From Octopus bimaculoides (lineage: Eukaryota), in the NCBI RefSeq assembly GCF_001194135.2, contig NC_068992.1:18133796-18197795 (forward strand): DNA of 64,000 nucleotides, read 5' to 3'. The position numbers and the translations under genes are program-made. This document shows, in pieces, positions 25,120 to 37,400 of the stretch. Each line of letters opens with the position of its first letter. Position 1 is the first letter of the stretch. Below the pieces are notes generated by a model. That model ran no database searches. It was not told the origin of the DNA and worked only from the letters and a program-made list of their open reading frames with translations.

Positions 25120-26349
25120 ACACGCATATATGTACAAACCTATATGTTAATATTATATATATATATGAAAATAAATACATGCACACATACATACATACAT
25201 TCACAGATATGTCTTATGCATCAGATTATCTCCACTGTAATCAGTATATTGATGTGTTAGTAACATGTAACATTGTAGCATCCAACAAAGTTTTAATACG
25301 TTATGTAAGCAACACAGGATTACATATTCGTATAAATGTTTTTCCTTCGGCTTTTTGATCGATTGTACACAACAACAGACTAAGAAAATGTTACACAGAA
25401 GCAATTAATTTTAATGTAATTTCATGTTGAGTTGGAAACAGTGAGTGCATTCTAAAATAAATAGAAATGCCCTAATATATATATATATAACACTAAATGT
25501 GAGAAAAGAAAATAATATTATTATAACTCATATGCCTTAAAACTAGATATATATTTTGATGACGTGATGCAACGATTGCTATATTTAGTGCGTTGCATTG
25601 CCTCTATATGAAATAGAGGTGTTCTCAACCATCTTTTGCATATTACCCCCTTTTATTACTATTTTATTCTGGTGGACCCCCATTGCCATTCGATGTTTAA
25701 AAACTAGTTTTATAGAATCTTCTTTCAAAATTCCTATTTTGGTTTTTATACATTAACTTGTGTAGTTTGAACTTTGTAGAATGTTAGAGAAAAACACCTC
25801 GATGTTTCCTTAGTGAATAATAATGTGATTTAAACTATTCACCTAGTTTACTCAGAAGATCTTAAATGTGTACGTCCGTTCGTGTACTGAAGGGACTTTG
25901 ATATTTTTACCTCGACGATTGAATTTAATTAAAGCTTGGGTAACCTATTAACCTATAGTTTAACCGGCCACGTTATGTTTCTATTGGCAATCATTTTTTT
26001 TTTTTTTTAAACAAAAAGACCCAGAAACATCAGGAGCAAGTGTGATGTTTGTGGTGACTTGGGAAGCATGAAAGATACCGTCTGAAAATTGTTCTTGGTG
26101 AATCTGTAGATAAGAACAGATGTAGAAAATCTTCTCCTGTGAAATCTGTAGAGAAAACCGATTCCTTAGCACTAGGTATGTAATTATTTTCAGTTGGGGA
26201 CACTCAAGCAATTAAAAATATAACGTCATCACAAAGGCTACGACGCACCACAATGTCTAGGAATCGAATCCATGGCCGTATGATCATATTCCTCCCATCC
26301 AAGCCATAAAGCACATATTCTATGACTTCAAAATTCAAATAGGCACAAA

Positions 26350-26705
26350 AGGCAGACGTGGTTGTGTAATAAGAAGCTTGGTTCCGATCAACATAGTTCC
26401 GGGTTCAGTATCACTGCATGGCACCTTAAGCAAGTGTCTTTTATTATAGCTGTCAGGACCGACCAAAAACTTGTCAGTGAATTCGGTAGACAAAAACTGA
26501 AAGAAGCCCGTCGTATACCTATGTTTGTGTGTCTTTGTGTCTGAGTTTGACCTCCACACTGATTGACAACAAGTGTTGTTGGGTTTATGTTTCCGTAACT
26601 TAGCGGTTCGGCAAAACACCCTAACACAGTAAATACCAGGCTTAAACAAAAGAATTACTGAACTAAGAATTCTTAAAGGTAGTGTCCCAGTATGGTCGCA
26701 GAATA
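26350..26705 (+). mobile_element. tRNA-derived CORE-type SINE, family C (OR-like)
   Basis: GCAGACGTGGTTGTGTAATAAGAAGC head, GGGTTCAGT box, GGCACCTTAAGCAAGTGTCTT CORE-like block, GAAAGAAGCCCGTCGTATA, GTAACTTAGCGGTTCGGCAAAA. An inverse copy lies at 55301. Confidence 0.75.
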
Positions 26706-26756
26706 ATATAAGTAGCAAATAAAATATACACACACATATGTTCAAATGCCTGTCTG

Positions 26757-26806
<50 letters not shown>

Positions 26807-26815
26807 CATCTAATC

Positions 26816-26878
<63 letters not shown>

Positions 26879-26883
26879 CATCC

Positions 26884-26924
<41 letters not shown>

Positions 26925-26926
26925 CC
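26757..26926. repeat. (TATC)n microsatellite
   Basis: Direct reading; resumes after the gap and the Tx1 3' end at about 27799. Confidence 0.95.
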
Positions 26927-27694
26927 NNNNNNNNNNNNNNNNNNNNNNNNNNNNNNNNNNNNNNNNNNNNNNNNNNNNNNNNNNNNNNNNNNNNNNNNNN
27001 NNNNNNNNNNNNNNNNNNNNNNNNNNNNNNNNNNNNNNNNNNNNNNNNNNNNNNNNNNNNNNNNNNNNNNNNNNNNNNNNNNNNNNNNNNNNNNNNNNNN
27101 NNNNNNNNNNNNNNNNNNNNNNNNNNNNNNNNNNNNNNNNNNNNNNNNNNNNNNNNNNNNNNNNNNNNNNNNNNNNNNNNNNNNNNNNNNNNNNNNNNNN
27201 NNNNNNNNNNNNNNNNNNNNNNNNNNNNNNNNNNNNNNNNNNNNNNNNNNNNNNNNNNNNNNNNNNNNNNNNNNNNNNNNNNNNNNNNNNNNNNNNNNNN
27301 NNNNNNNNNNNNNNNNNNNNNNNNNNNNNNNNNNNNNNNNNNNNNNNNNNNNNNNNNNNNNNNNNNNNNNNNNNNNNNNNNNNNNNNNNNNNNNNNNNNN
27401 NNNNNNNNNNNNNNNNNNNNNNNNNNNNNNNNNNNNNNNNNNNNNNNNNNNNNNNNNNNNNNNNNNNNNNNNNNNNNNNNNNNNNNNNNNNNNNNNNNNN
27501 NNNNNNNNNNNNNNNNNNNNNNNNNNNNNNNNNNNNNNNNNNNNNNNNNNNNNNNNNNNNNNNNNNNNNNNNNNNNNNNNNNNNNNNNNNNNNNNNNNNN
27601 NNNNNNNNNNNNNNNNNNNNNNNNNNNNNNNNNNNNNNNNNNNNNNNNNNNNNNNNNNNNNNNNNNNNNNNNNNNNNNNNNNNNNNNNNNNNNN

Positions 27695-27798
27695 TCTTCC
27701 CGCGATCCCTTTTGATCCAAATTATCCCCCCCCCCAAAGCTCTACTTTGTAATTTGTCCATTTTCTGTATTTAGCCCTGTGTGGCTATAATAAAAAGA
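27695..27798 (+). mobile_element. L1/Tx1-type LINE 3' UTR end, copy 2
   Basis: CCCTTTTGATCCAAATT...AAAGCTCTACTTTGTAATTTGTCC...AGCCCTGTGTGGCTATAATAAAAAGA matches 15580-15674; followed by (TATC)n. Confidence 0.65.
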
Positions 27799-27831
27799 TA
27801 TCTATCTATCTATCCATCTATCTATCTATCC

Positions 27832-27862
<31 letters not shown>

Positions 27863-28744
27863 CAGCTAGGTAGCTATCCGTCCACGCATGTATGTATGTA
27901 TTTATGATTATATCTATCTATCTATGTTTCGATTTGCATTTATGCATCTACATATATGCATGTCTGCCGTGTGTATGATATGGGTTTGCATATGCTTATG
28001 AAAGTATATTTTCCATGTACATACATACGTACATACATACACAGATACATACATAGATACACACACACATATATGTAGGAATATATATGTATACGCACAC
28101 ACATGTATAGTGTATATTTAAGTGCATGATGCAGAGTTTTTGATGTTATAAATAATCTCCCAACCCCCAACTCTCTTCATAAGTCTAGAGACAACGGCGG
28201 GCGTCAATGATATGTAAATGCTCGCGAGAATACATAAATAAGTTGAATAATTTGTCATTAATCTGATAATAAATATTATGATATTTTAGAATATTGGTCT
28301 TTGAAAAACTATTCATATAGATTTATGATTTTTTTGAAAGATAAATAAAATCATGGAAATGTATTTCAATGCATAGATGTCTATGCAAATAAATATGTTA
28401 TACGCATAGTTATACGCAGACAAAATAAAACAGAGAAAGCGAGAAACACAGCCAATACATACATGTGTAAGCAATATTTATGCCGTTTTTTCCATGTTTT
28501 GATGTAAACAAATATGTTACATTTGGATGTGCTCAGCCTTATTGAAACCCCTGCTGCTTAGTAGTGTGGTTTCAATTAATTATTGACATTTCCAGCGTGA
28601 CAAACTTCAGCTTACGCCAGTATGTGTGTCTTTAGTTATTTACATACAACGATGGCAGTTCTAAGTGGATTTCGAACTACTATTTCGATATCTGTAACTG
28701 ATGAAACGTAACTTCACATAAACATGTCTTACATTCCATTCCAA

Positions 28745-28810
28745 AGACGTCCTCCATAGACGTCCTCCATAGACGTCCTCCAAAGACGTCCTGCAAAGAA
28801 AGACGTCCCC
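28745..28810. repeat. 13-bp minisatellite AGACGTCCTCCA(T/A), four units plus a partial unit
   Basis: Units at 28745, 28758, 28771 and 28784; partial AGACGTCCCC at 28801. Confidence 0.9.
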
Positions 28811-29211
28811 CACTTCCGTGTGTTTTCATATACACTGTTAATAAGAAGGTTTTTCATATTTGATGGCACACGAACGTGTTGCATATAAATCTACACAGCC
28901 TTATTTTAAATAGCGCTGCTGAATTTGGCTTTAATTATCAATTCTGTCTCGACATGGCACAGCAGGCTGTGAATAAGTGATTCGGTGTATGTAATTGATG
29001 CATCATAATCTCACAGAAACACGTGCCTTCTGGTATTAATAAACCAACTGAGGACATTCTCTCACAGTCTAAAAGAGGAACTTTCTCCTCCAACTTAGTT
29101 ATTGCAGCGAAAATCGAACAACGATTCGTTCCATCATAATGTGTTAAATATAAATGTAGCCATCCTTATATACATACACACTCACACACATTTGTATGTG
29201 CGCGCGCGCGC

Positions 29212-29252
<41 letters not shown>

Positions 29253-32200
29253 TTTGTGTGTACATTATTCTCTTGTTCCTCCGTTTTTCGTATGTATTTG
29301 TCTCTCATTTCTGCTCATCACTGAACGCTTTGCGATTGTGATACATATATCTTTCCCTTCTGTCTGTCTCTCCCCCTCTAACTAAATATGTGTTTTTGTT
29401 TTAGAGAAAACCCCATCATTATAAATGCAGCTGTTTACGTTTGTTAGTTTGGAATTGAAATGTCTACTTTATTTAAATTATGCAGAAGTCACAGTTTGCA
29501 GTTGCGAGTTCTGCTTACAGGTATGACGATGTAGTTTATGCTACAATTGCAATAAATGGTGTTTCCATCGCTTAAAAACTTTTAAAAAAAGATTTTACCC
29601 CATGCACATGATTTAACCGCTCAACGAGAATAATTGACCGGAGTATGATTGATTCCACTATACCTGTAGAGATTCTGACACCTGTAAGAAAGAAAAAAAG
29701 TATCTAGAGTATTGTGAATGTCAAGATAGTTTTAACAATACGTTGAATGTACTTTCTATGTAAAATCAACTAATGTTCTAAGCGGTTTCCAGCGCCATTT
29801 TTTAAGGATGAACTAATCGTTGAAGGTGGCTTGACCTTTAGCATAAGGACATCAGAAGACGAAACCTTTTGATTCTTGGCCGGACAGTATAAAGTCGACA
29901 ACAAATGTCAGGTTCCCTACTATCTACTTCCGACCAAGACATTTAATTCATAGATCAATCTCAAACTAAAAGATAATGAATTATCTTGTATAATAGTTTG
30001 AAATTCACATTTACGTAATCATGTGATCATATCTAGTTTGCTTAAATTACATATATGTCATTTATACATGCCACAACGTGTTAGCGATACAAATGAGCTG
30101 TCAGAAATATCGTTATTTATATGATTCCTGAAGAAATGAAGCAAATCCAGATAGCAGATTCTCCGCTTGACTTGGTTTCTTGTAACAGGTAGGCCGCTTT
30201 ACCTTGTTAACAGATCTTGATATGTCAGTGAAGCGTCACAAGTCCCTGGAGTGAAAAAATATTGATGATAGTCTACTAGTATCAGAACTGTGGTTTTGTG
30301 GAATCGATACATAAGTAAGTACAACTGCCTTACCAGAAGTAGAAACTAATCTAGGTGATATGTCTGCAAGATCAGAACTGGCCTGGCTGTGCCAAATATT
30401 AACAAAGTTACTGAAGCTTGGTAGAAAAATGTTCTAGCTGTAATAGACAAAATGAAGTTTCTTCAATTGGATACGATCACGAGATCCGCAGTTTGGTTGT
30501 CCTTTGTGTTATTTACTTGGTCTATTTGCATTAAAAACGTTTGAAGCAACCTGAAAGCATTCTAACGTGATAACTTTAATTCATTTATTATGTTTCTTAG
30601 GTACTTAAATTCAGAAGGAAATTGATTTGAAAAGCACAATTGTACAGTGTAATGTGATTTTCTACTTATTCTAAAGGTTATCAGACATATAATTTATTCA
30701 CAATTACTTCAGACGGAAATATTCGAAAATACATCGAAAACATCTTGCTTCCAATTTATTCTGGAAACATTTAAACTCGAATAATTCAAAGGAGGCTAGG
30801 AAAGACTTTATTATAATTCCCAAGTTGTCAGACAAACTTTGTATATTTTTTTAGCTATTTAAATAATAAAACTAATGCAAGAAAACTTGAGCCAGGCAGT
30901 TATGGAAGCAACTTTAGTCAAAGCAAAATGACTAAGCTCGCGGTCAGTGGTATAGCCTTTGCCGTTAGTTTTGTATTTTGGAGAATCCAACAAATTAAAT
31001 ATGAAAATTATTTCAGCTGCAGACTTACGTTGTTTTAGCAACAGTGTCTACGGAATATTTTACCTACAAGTGTCGTCTTACAGCAGTTAAAACGTAATGT
31101 TAATAACATCAAATTATCCAATGCATCCTTAGTTAAGATAGAAAGGTGATATTAGAGAGGGATTTGGTTGTTAAATACTATGAGTGGGGAGAAGTATTAT
31201 CGTTGGATTAAGCGTAATTCTTCACTATTACACAGTTAAGGAATTTAGTTACCATTGTGGACCTTGTAAGTGTAAACGAGGAAACAGTGCTCTTCTCGCT
31301 TAACAGTAATATACTCTTTAACGATGGTTGCAAAAGTGTGCAAAAAATATTTTAGAAAACAACTGCTATTAAACGGGAAGTGTAATATAATTTAGCAAAT
31401 AATATGAATAATATGTGTAATCAATAACAATTGAAAGTAGTAAATGCTTGAATGGGCAATGATAGCAAGAAAATTGAAACAAAAGCACATAGAAAGATGA
31501 GAGGAAAATATCTAGATGTGAAAATCCAGCTATTCTTTCGTAAAATAAAGAAATATTAGAATCCAAAGGATGAGTGAAGAATTAGAAGATGTGATAAAAT
31601 AATATAATAGTCTGACTGCTAGAGATAATGATTGTTAAACAGGACGCACTTTGCATTCAGAACTTTTAACGAAGCAGGTTTAGTACGATAAGTGCCAAAG
31701 CAAATGCCTGTTATATCATCCATTGTGACAACAGCACGGAAATCAGCTTGTTAGACCGAAAGGATGAGGGAGAGAGAGAGAGAGCGAGAGAGTGAGAGAG
31801 AGAGATGGAGAGAAAAAGAGAAAGAGAGATAGAGACTGATGTAAATGTACACTCGACTGAATGGATCCGGCTTAAAATAGGAAATAAAAATAAGAAATCA
31901 GACTGTCAGTAGATGATGAGGAACTATCGAGGGTTTTTATTGCAGAAATAATTTATACATATCTTGAGGTAAATAGGTTGTGTTATACGCTACAGAAGTA
32001 TTACATCAGAAAAGATTCAGTGGGTGGAAATATCAAGGGGTTATTGACAACATGAAATATCTGGACTGAACGAGTCGGTACAAAAACATTAGAATGGCAT
32101 GAACGATTTAAAAATAAAGAAGAAAAGGACATAAAATAAAACGATGAGAAACTTCCGTTTTTGTGGATTATTAAGTGCCAGATTCTGCTGAAGCTGAATG

Positions 32201-33399
32201 TTAATATGAAAAAGTGCCATTGATAAAGCATGCTTTCTCCTTCAACATGGGCTTACATAAGCTGAACAGAGAGAAATGAAAATGTGAGTGCTAGAAGAAT
32301 TTAGAATTGTGTGTCAGAACATCTCACATTTATTCTCCATGTTATGTTTATTGACATTGAACATCTTTCTCGGATACCAGCTAAAGATCACAACGATGGC
32401 TGCAAATCATATTTTTTTATTGATGATTTTGAGAATGTTAAACACGGTGAGATAAAATACAAAAGCAATGCAAATAAAAACTTTTGTTGAGAATAGGTTT
32501 AGGCATTTACAATTTCGGACAAAAAGAATTGGTAATAAAATGACTCTAAGGAACTGAGATTAAAATATTAAATTCTTTTAAAGAAATTTGGTTGAATCTA
32601 ATTTCCAGATTCGTTACAAATATAGTTGCACTGAGGTTATGGTTAAACTTTCCGTAGTCTTTGGTTTATACATTTTCCTTTTGGACCATCGAAAATGTTA
32701 ACAGTGTGCCTAAATAGTCTAGACTTCTGAGGTGAAAGTATTTGAAGAACAAGGTCATTCCACATCAAATCAAGGAATTTCATAAACCTTCAAAAGCTAT
32801 TAAATCTCTACCAGACAAAAGTAAAACTCGCCTTGCATTGTTCCCACCTGTGCAGCAGTACTCCTGATACATGCACAAACTACTCAGAGCGCTTCGCAAA
32901 GAAGGCCATTCGAAGGATTAGCCTCATTCAATATTCAAACTTCCTCAAAAAGCTTTTCCAATTACATGTTTCCTTTCCCTACATTTTTTTGTCGTATAAC
33001 TATTTTGGCTTCATTCTTGCCAGTCCCTACCACATACACAGCTCTCCTCTTTGAAACTTCCTAGTGTCTCTACTTCAGGTTAAGCATTAACCGTTACACT
33101 CAACTCCAGGCAAACCGTTAGTTCCTATGTCTTGCAGCAGTTAAAACGTAACGTTAATAACATCAAATTCTGTTGTCCGGAAAGACCTCCGAATGCCATA
33201 AATACAGTTTCTCTCCCTAAATCATAATGTAAAAGAGCAGTTTGATGTCTTGTTGTGTCAATGTCTGTGTTGTAAACGTAGGTAGCACCGCGTAAACTAG
33301 AGTTATTCTATGATTTGTTTTGCCAGCTAGAAAAAATAGCAACTTATCCTGTGACTCAAACATTCGTGACTTAAAAAACGAAGGATAAATAACACAATA

Positions 33400-33614
33400 C
33401 TAGGGATGCTGAAAGTTCCTTGCTTTAAGGGTATCGCCAAAGGCTTAGTTGAAAGCCCAGACTTCCGAGTTCTTTTACTGGGCTTAGAAGATCTGAAGGA
33501 CCGCTGCAATAAGTGTGTGAATCTGAGAGGGAAATATGTTCACTACAATCACAATTAACTGGCCCTCCCGTATTTTCTTATACCTGAAGCCATGATCTTT
33601 TCAACATCTCCTCG
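33400..33614 (+). mobile_element. mariner-derived MITE
   Basis: TA-CTAGGGATGCTGAAAGTTCCTTGCTT ... AAGCCATGATCTTTTCAACATCTCCTCG-TA inverted ends; interior encodes LKDRCNKCVNLRGKYV, like the transposase C-terminus. Confidence 0.85.
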
Positions 33615-34919
33615 TACTGTGCTAGTTACAGTATCTTTCCAAACAGATGGATTGCTCAGATCTGGAAAATCTTTGCTATTATCGCGTCGATTCTGCTTGA
33701 TGATGGCTGGTCTCCCTTTAAGCAGCATCTACAAAATTTCACTTACACGCGTAGCTGGATGATTAAAAGGATTAGATTGTTGAACGTCTTTAAAAGGTGT
33801 TATTGACGATGTGATACAACAGGAAATATGAGGCACAGAGAATGAAAATGAAGAGAAAAAGCGATCAGTTTAAGAAAATGAATCCCAAGTAAAGCGAACA
33901 ATAAAAAATGACAATCCCATGTGCCAATGCATGTATGTAACTGAACTCGGCTGTATGTGAATCTATACTTCGAATATCTTAAGTGAGGTTTCTTCTGAGT
34001 GACTTTGAGAAATTTTGATAGTATTATTATCATATATTCAGGAAAATTAATAATGCGAATTGGTTATAATCTTTTAGTTGAATGTTGTTGTTTTGATGCC
34101 TAGAACTACTGTTTGACCTGATAAAAGCAATGGTCAAAATCGTTCCCTCTAGGACCATCAGCTTTAGGGTCACCTGGGATTACAACTATCCAATGTCTCC
34201 TATCATTCCCAAGAGGGATAATTGACTGCTATTTATTACATTTCAAGCGGAGTCATAGAGGCTCCTTCGTCAGATCGGAAGCTTTAAAATGTAGGAATTT
34301 GGTATGAAGACCTCTTTTAGAGTATTAACTAGAAGAGAAAAACTGTTTTGCCTCGAAGGATTTTAATATCGAATCCAACAGAAAGCATGCTAACATTCCC
34401 AGATGAAAGGGAAAACAGAAGTTAGAGAGATAACGAAGCAAAGATATAAAGTGAAATACAAATATGAAAATTGTATTAAAATAAACACTATATAATGACA
34501 AGTGAAAAAAAATATTGATCATTAAAATAGTCCAAACCATTCCAGTGATAATTGGGAAAATAGGAGTGGTTATCAAAATTTGCAAATAATTTTGAAACAT
34601 AGCTTGAAATGGAAGTGAATTTGGAACAACTCCAAAACATTCCTTCCATTAAGAAATAACTAAAATACTGAAGAGGAATACTCGAATGTTCCTCTTTAAC
34701 ATTAGTAATAGCAACTACAACGGAAATGAACAGAGATATCACACGAAAAAGGTATAAAAAAACAACAACACCTAAAGAATTTGCAATAACAACAATACGA
34801 CGTTTTAAAAATAAGACGCACACACGTACACACATATAGACACATCAAAGATACGTCAAATATATATATGTATATGTATATACATATACATATATATATA
34901 TATATATAATATATATACA

Positions 34920-34962
<43 letters not shown>

Positions 34963-36446
34963 NNNNNNNNNNNNNNNNNNNNNNNNNNNNNNNTATACAT
35001 AATGTATATATATATATGTATATATATGTATATATGTATATATATATATACATAGGTAGACAGATTCATGTACGTTGTGTGTGCGTTTGTCTTTGTGTGT
35101 GTGTGTGTATGTGTGTGTGTATGTGTGCGTGTGTCTGTGTGTCCGTGTGTGTAATATCTGGATGAGGAAACACATACGATAGAGAATCGGTTTTATTAAA
35201 AACTATCTGCGCTTAATGCAATCTAATACATTGAAATGTATTTTTCTAATTTTCAAGACAACATTTCTAAAAAGAAATACGAAATCTTCAAAAACAAAAA
35301 CAAAATGTAGCTAAAAAGGCAATTGAAAAAAAAAATGATTATGATTCTCATGATATTTCATGCCTATCTAAAAGGATTTACGGCTGAAGACACAAATCCA
35401 TAACATTCATATCTCACCGGAATTTTAGATTGTATCGATTTGAAGTTGATCTCAGGGTAATCCAAATTGTTACATGGCCGCTCACAAAAGCACGGGAAGA
35501 AATTATAATAAACAATGGTGAAAACAAAAAGCGAAAAGCATACTTGTAAAATGAATTATAGCAAAATTCGCTGAACATGATTCCCAACCTCCTCTCTGAC
35601 TGGTTTATATTTGTTCCCATCAATACGAATTTCCTTCATTCCTTCATTCGTTCGCCTATTCTTTCGTTCATTAATTCCTCCTCCATTGTATTCGTTTATA
35701 CAAATGAAAAAAAATTATTATTTACCTTCTACTTTTATTACCTTTCTTTTCTCTGATGCAGAAGGGGACAAGAAAAAGATAAGATTTTTTTTCTTTCTGA
35801 TAGATTGCATCTAGCAATTATTTTCCAAATTTAATTTCAGAAATTTCTTCAAATGAAAAGAAGTATGGTAAATTCATATCGTTTTAATTTCGTCTAACTC
35901 GTTTTGTTTACTGAAAAGCGCAGCTGTAAACCGAGTTAATAGAGCGCGTTTGGTTATTCGTTGGTGGATAAACGGCATCCACCTAAACATTTCCACTGCA
36001 TTGAGTCACAAATGGCCACTCTCTTAACCACAAATATACCATATATTTTGTGCAATAACAATATATATTACTCTAAATGATGGAACTACTCACATATTAA
36101 TTTCTTTTTGTTTCTCTGATAAAAACTTTTAAAAAATATTCCTAGTTTCTTTCTTTGAAAGATTGCATCGAGCAACTATACTCCTGCTGTAATTTCAAGG
36201 AATTAAAAATGGTTATCAGATCACGTGCAGCATTTCTTCAAACGTTAATGTGAAATTAAAATATTATTATATCTGTTTTATGGATAGAGCAAAATCTTGT
36301 TACATAATAAGAGATTAACACTACGTCTTCAGCTTCAGAAGATAATATCACGCCTGTCTTAGACCAGTCTGATTTCTATATTTCCGTTTCTGACTATTAG
36401 CAATTATATTACATCATATTTTTATACGACCACAGTAATGTAGAAC

Positions 36447-36676
36447 AGCAGGCCGTCACATTTATAGAAGTATGTGAAGAAAAGATCTCTTAACATCTGA
36501 TAAAATTTCATTCTATTTAATCTTGATTATAATTTAGCAATCATATTATATCATATCTCTATGCAGCTGCAACGATCTGGAGCAAGCTGTCACATTTATA
36601 GATGTATGTGCAGAAAAGATCTCTTATATCTGATAATATTTCACTCTACTTAATCTTGATTATATTCTGAAATCAT
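36447..36676. repeat. Diverged tandem duplication, period about 134 bp
   Basis: AGCAGGCCGTCACATTTATAGAAGTATGTGAAGAAAAGATCTCTT... at 36447 and AGCAAGCTGTCACATTTATAGATGTATGTGCAGAAAAGATCTCTT... at 36581. Confidence 0.85.
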
Positions 36677-37092
36677 AACAAGTGGTTAGGTTTGATATCT
36701 GATTACTAACAGGCAACAGAAAATTTGCTTTCTGATGAATAGCGAAAATCTGAGTGCAAAACTAAAATGAAGTCATATTTACATATATTATTATGTCACA
36801 CCTACAGACATACACATACCCACACGCTCAGGCAAACACGCACATATGCACATATATTTCATCATGAATTATAGCTAAAACGTCACAAGTGATGTCTCTG
36901 AGATTCACGTTTTGAAGATTTCCAAGTGATAAGAAAAATTGACGAACCGATGATACAGTTATATGAGAAATAACTGCCATTGAATAGGAAATATTCATTA
37001 ATAATAGAAAAAAAAAAGCCCGTTTGATTTGATTGGAACACGTCACTGTATTATTTACGGATAACGATTTCGTTAGTTAGCTGCGAGAGAGA

Positions 37093-37400
37093 GTGAAGGC
37101 GTATGCTTAATGGTGAGGGGGTTACACTCATGATCGCCAGATCACGGTTCCAATTCCCTGATCAAGAGGTGCGCTCTATTTTTGGGCAATTTATTTCAGG
37201 TTCCTGTGATCCACTCGAATGTAAATGAGTAAATTTGAAACGGGCTGGCTTCTCATTCAGCATGAATGTTGAAATCTTAGTCACTTAAATGCCATGGTAC
37301 ACTGGTAACCGACCCTATGAGGATTCAGGCTCGAGCCAGTAATGACCTGTGGTAGATGAGGTTGACAGTGACACTAGAGAAAGTACCATACTAAAACTGA
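37093..37400 (+). mobile_element. SINE family D-like, degenerate
   Basis: GAAGGCGTATGCTTAATGGTGAGGG head, CTCATGATC, GGTTCCAATTCCC B-box remnant, GATCCACTCGAATGTAAATGAGT. Confidence 0.45.

Noticed and set aside
25615-25930. Possible hAT-type MITE starting GGTGTTCTCAACC
   Set aside because: Only one end resembles a TIR; I found no matching right end or TSD.
28745-28810. Short repeat array as CRISPR
   Set aside because: Units are contiguous with no unique spacers, the DNA is eukaryotic, and there are no cas genes.
30100-30560. Protein-like stretch (MIPEEMKQIQIADSPLDLV..., PNINKVTEAW...)
   Set aside because: Multiple stops in every frame and no motif I could assign; possibly an old transposon.
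36732-36750. CTGATGA-ATAGC-GAAA as a hammerhead core
   Set aside because: The five intervening bases cannot form stem II and there is no compatible cleavage triplet or stem I.
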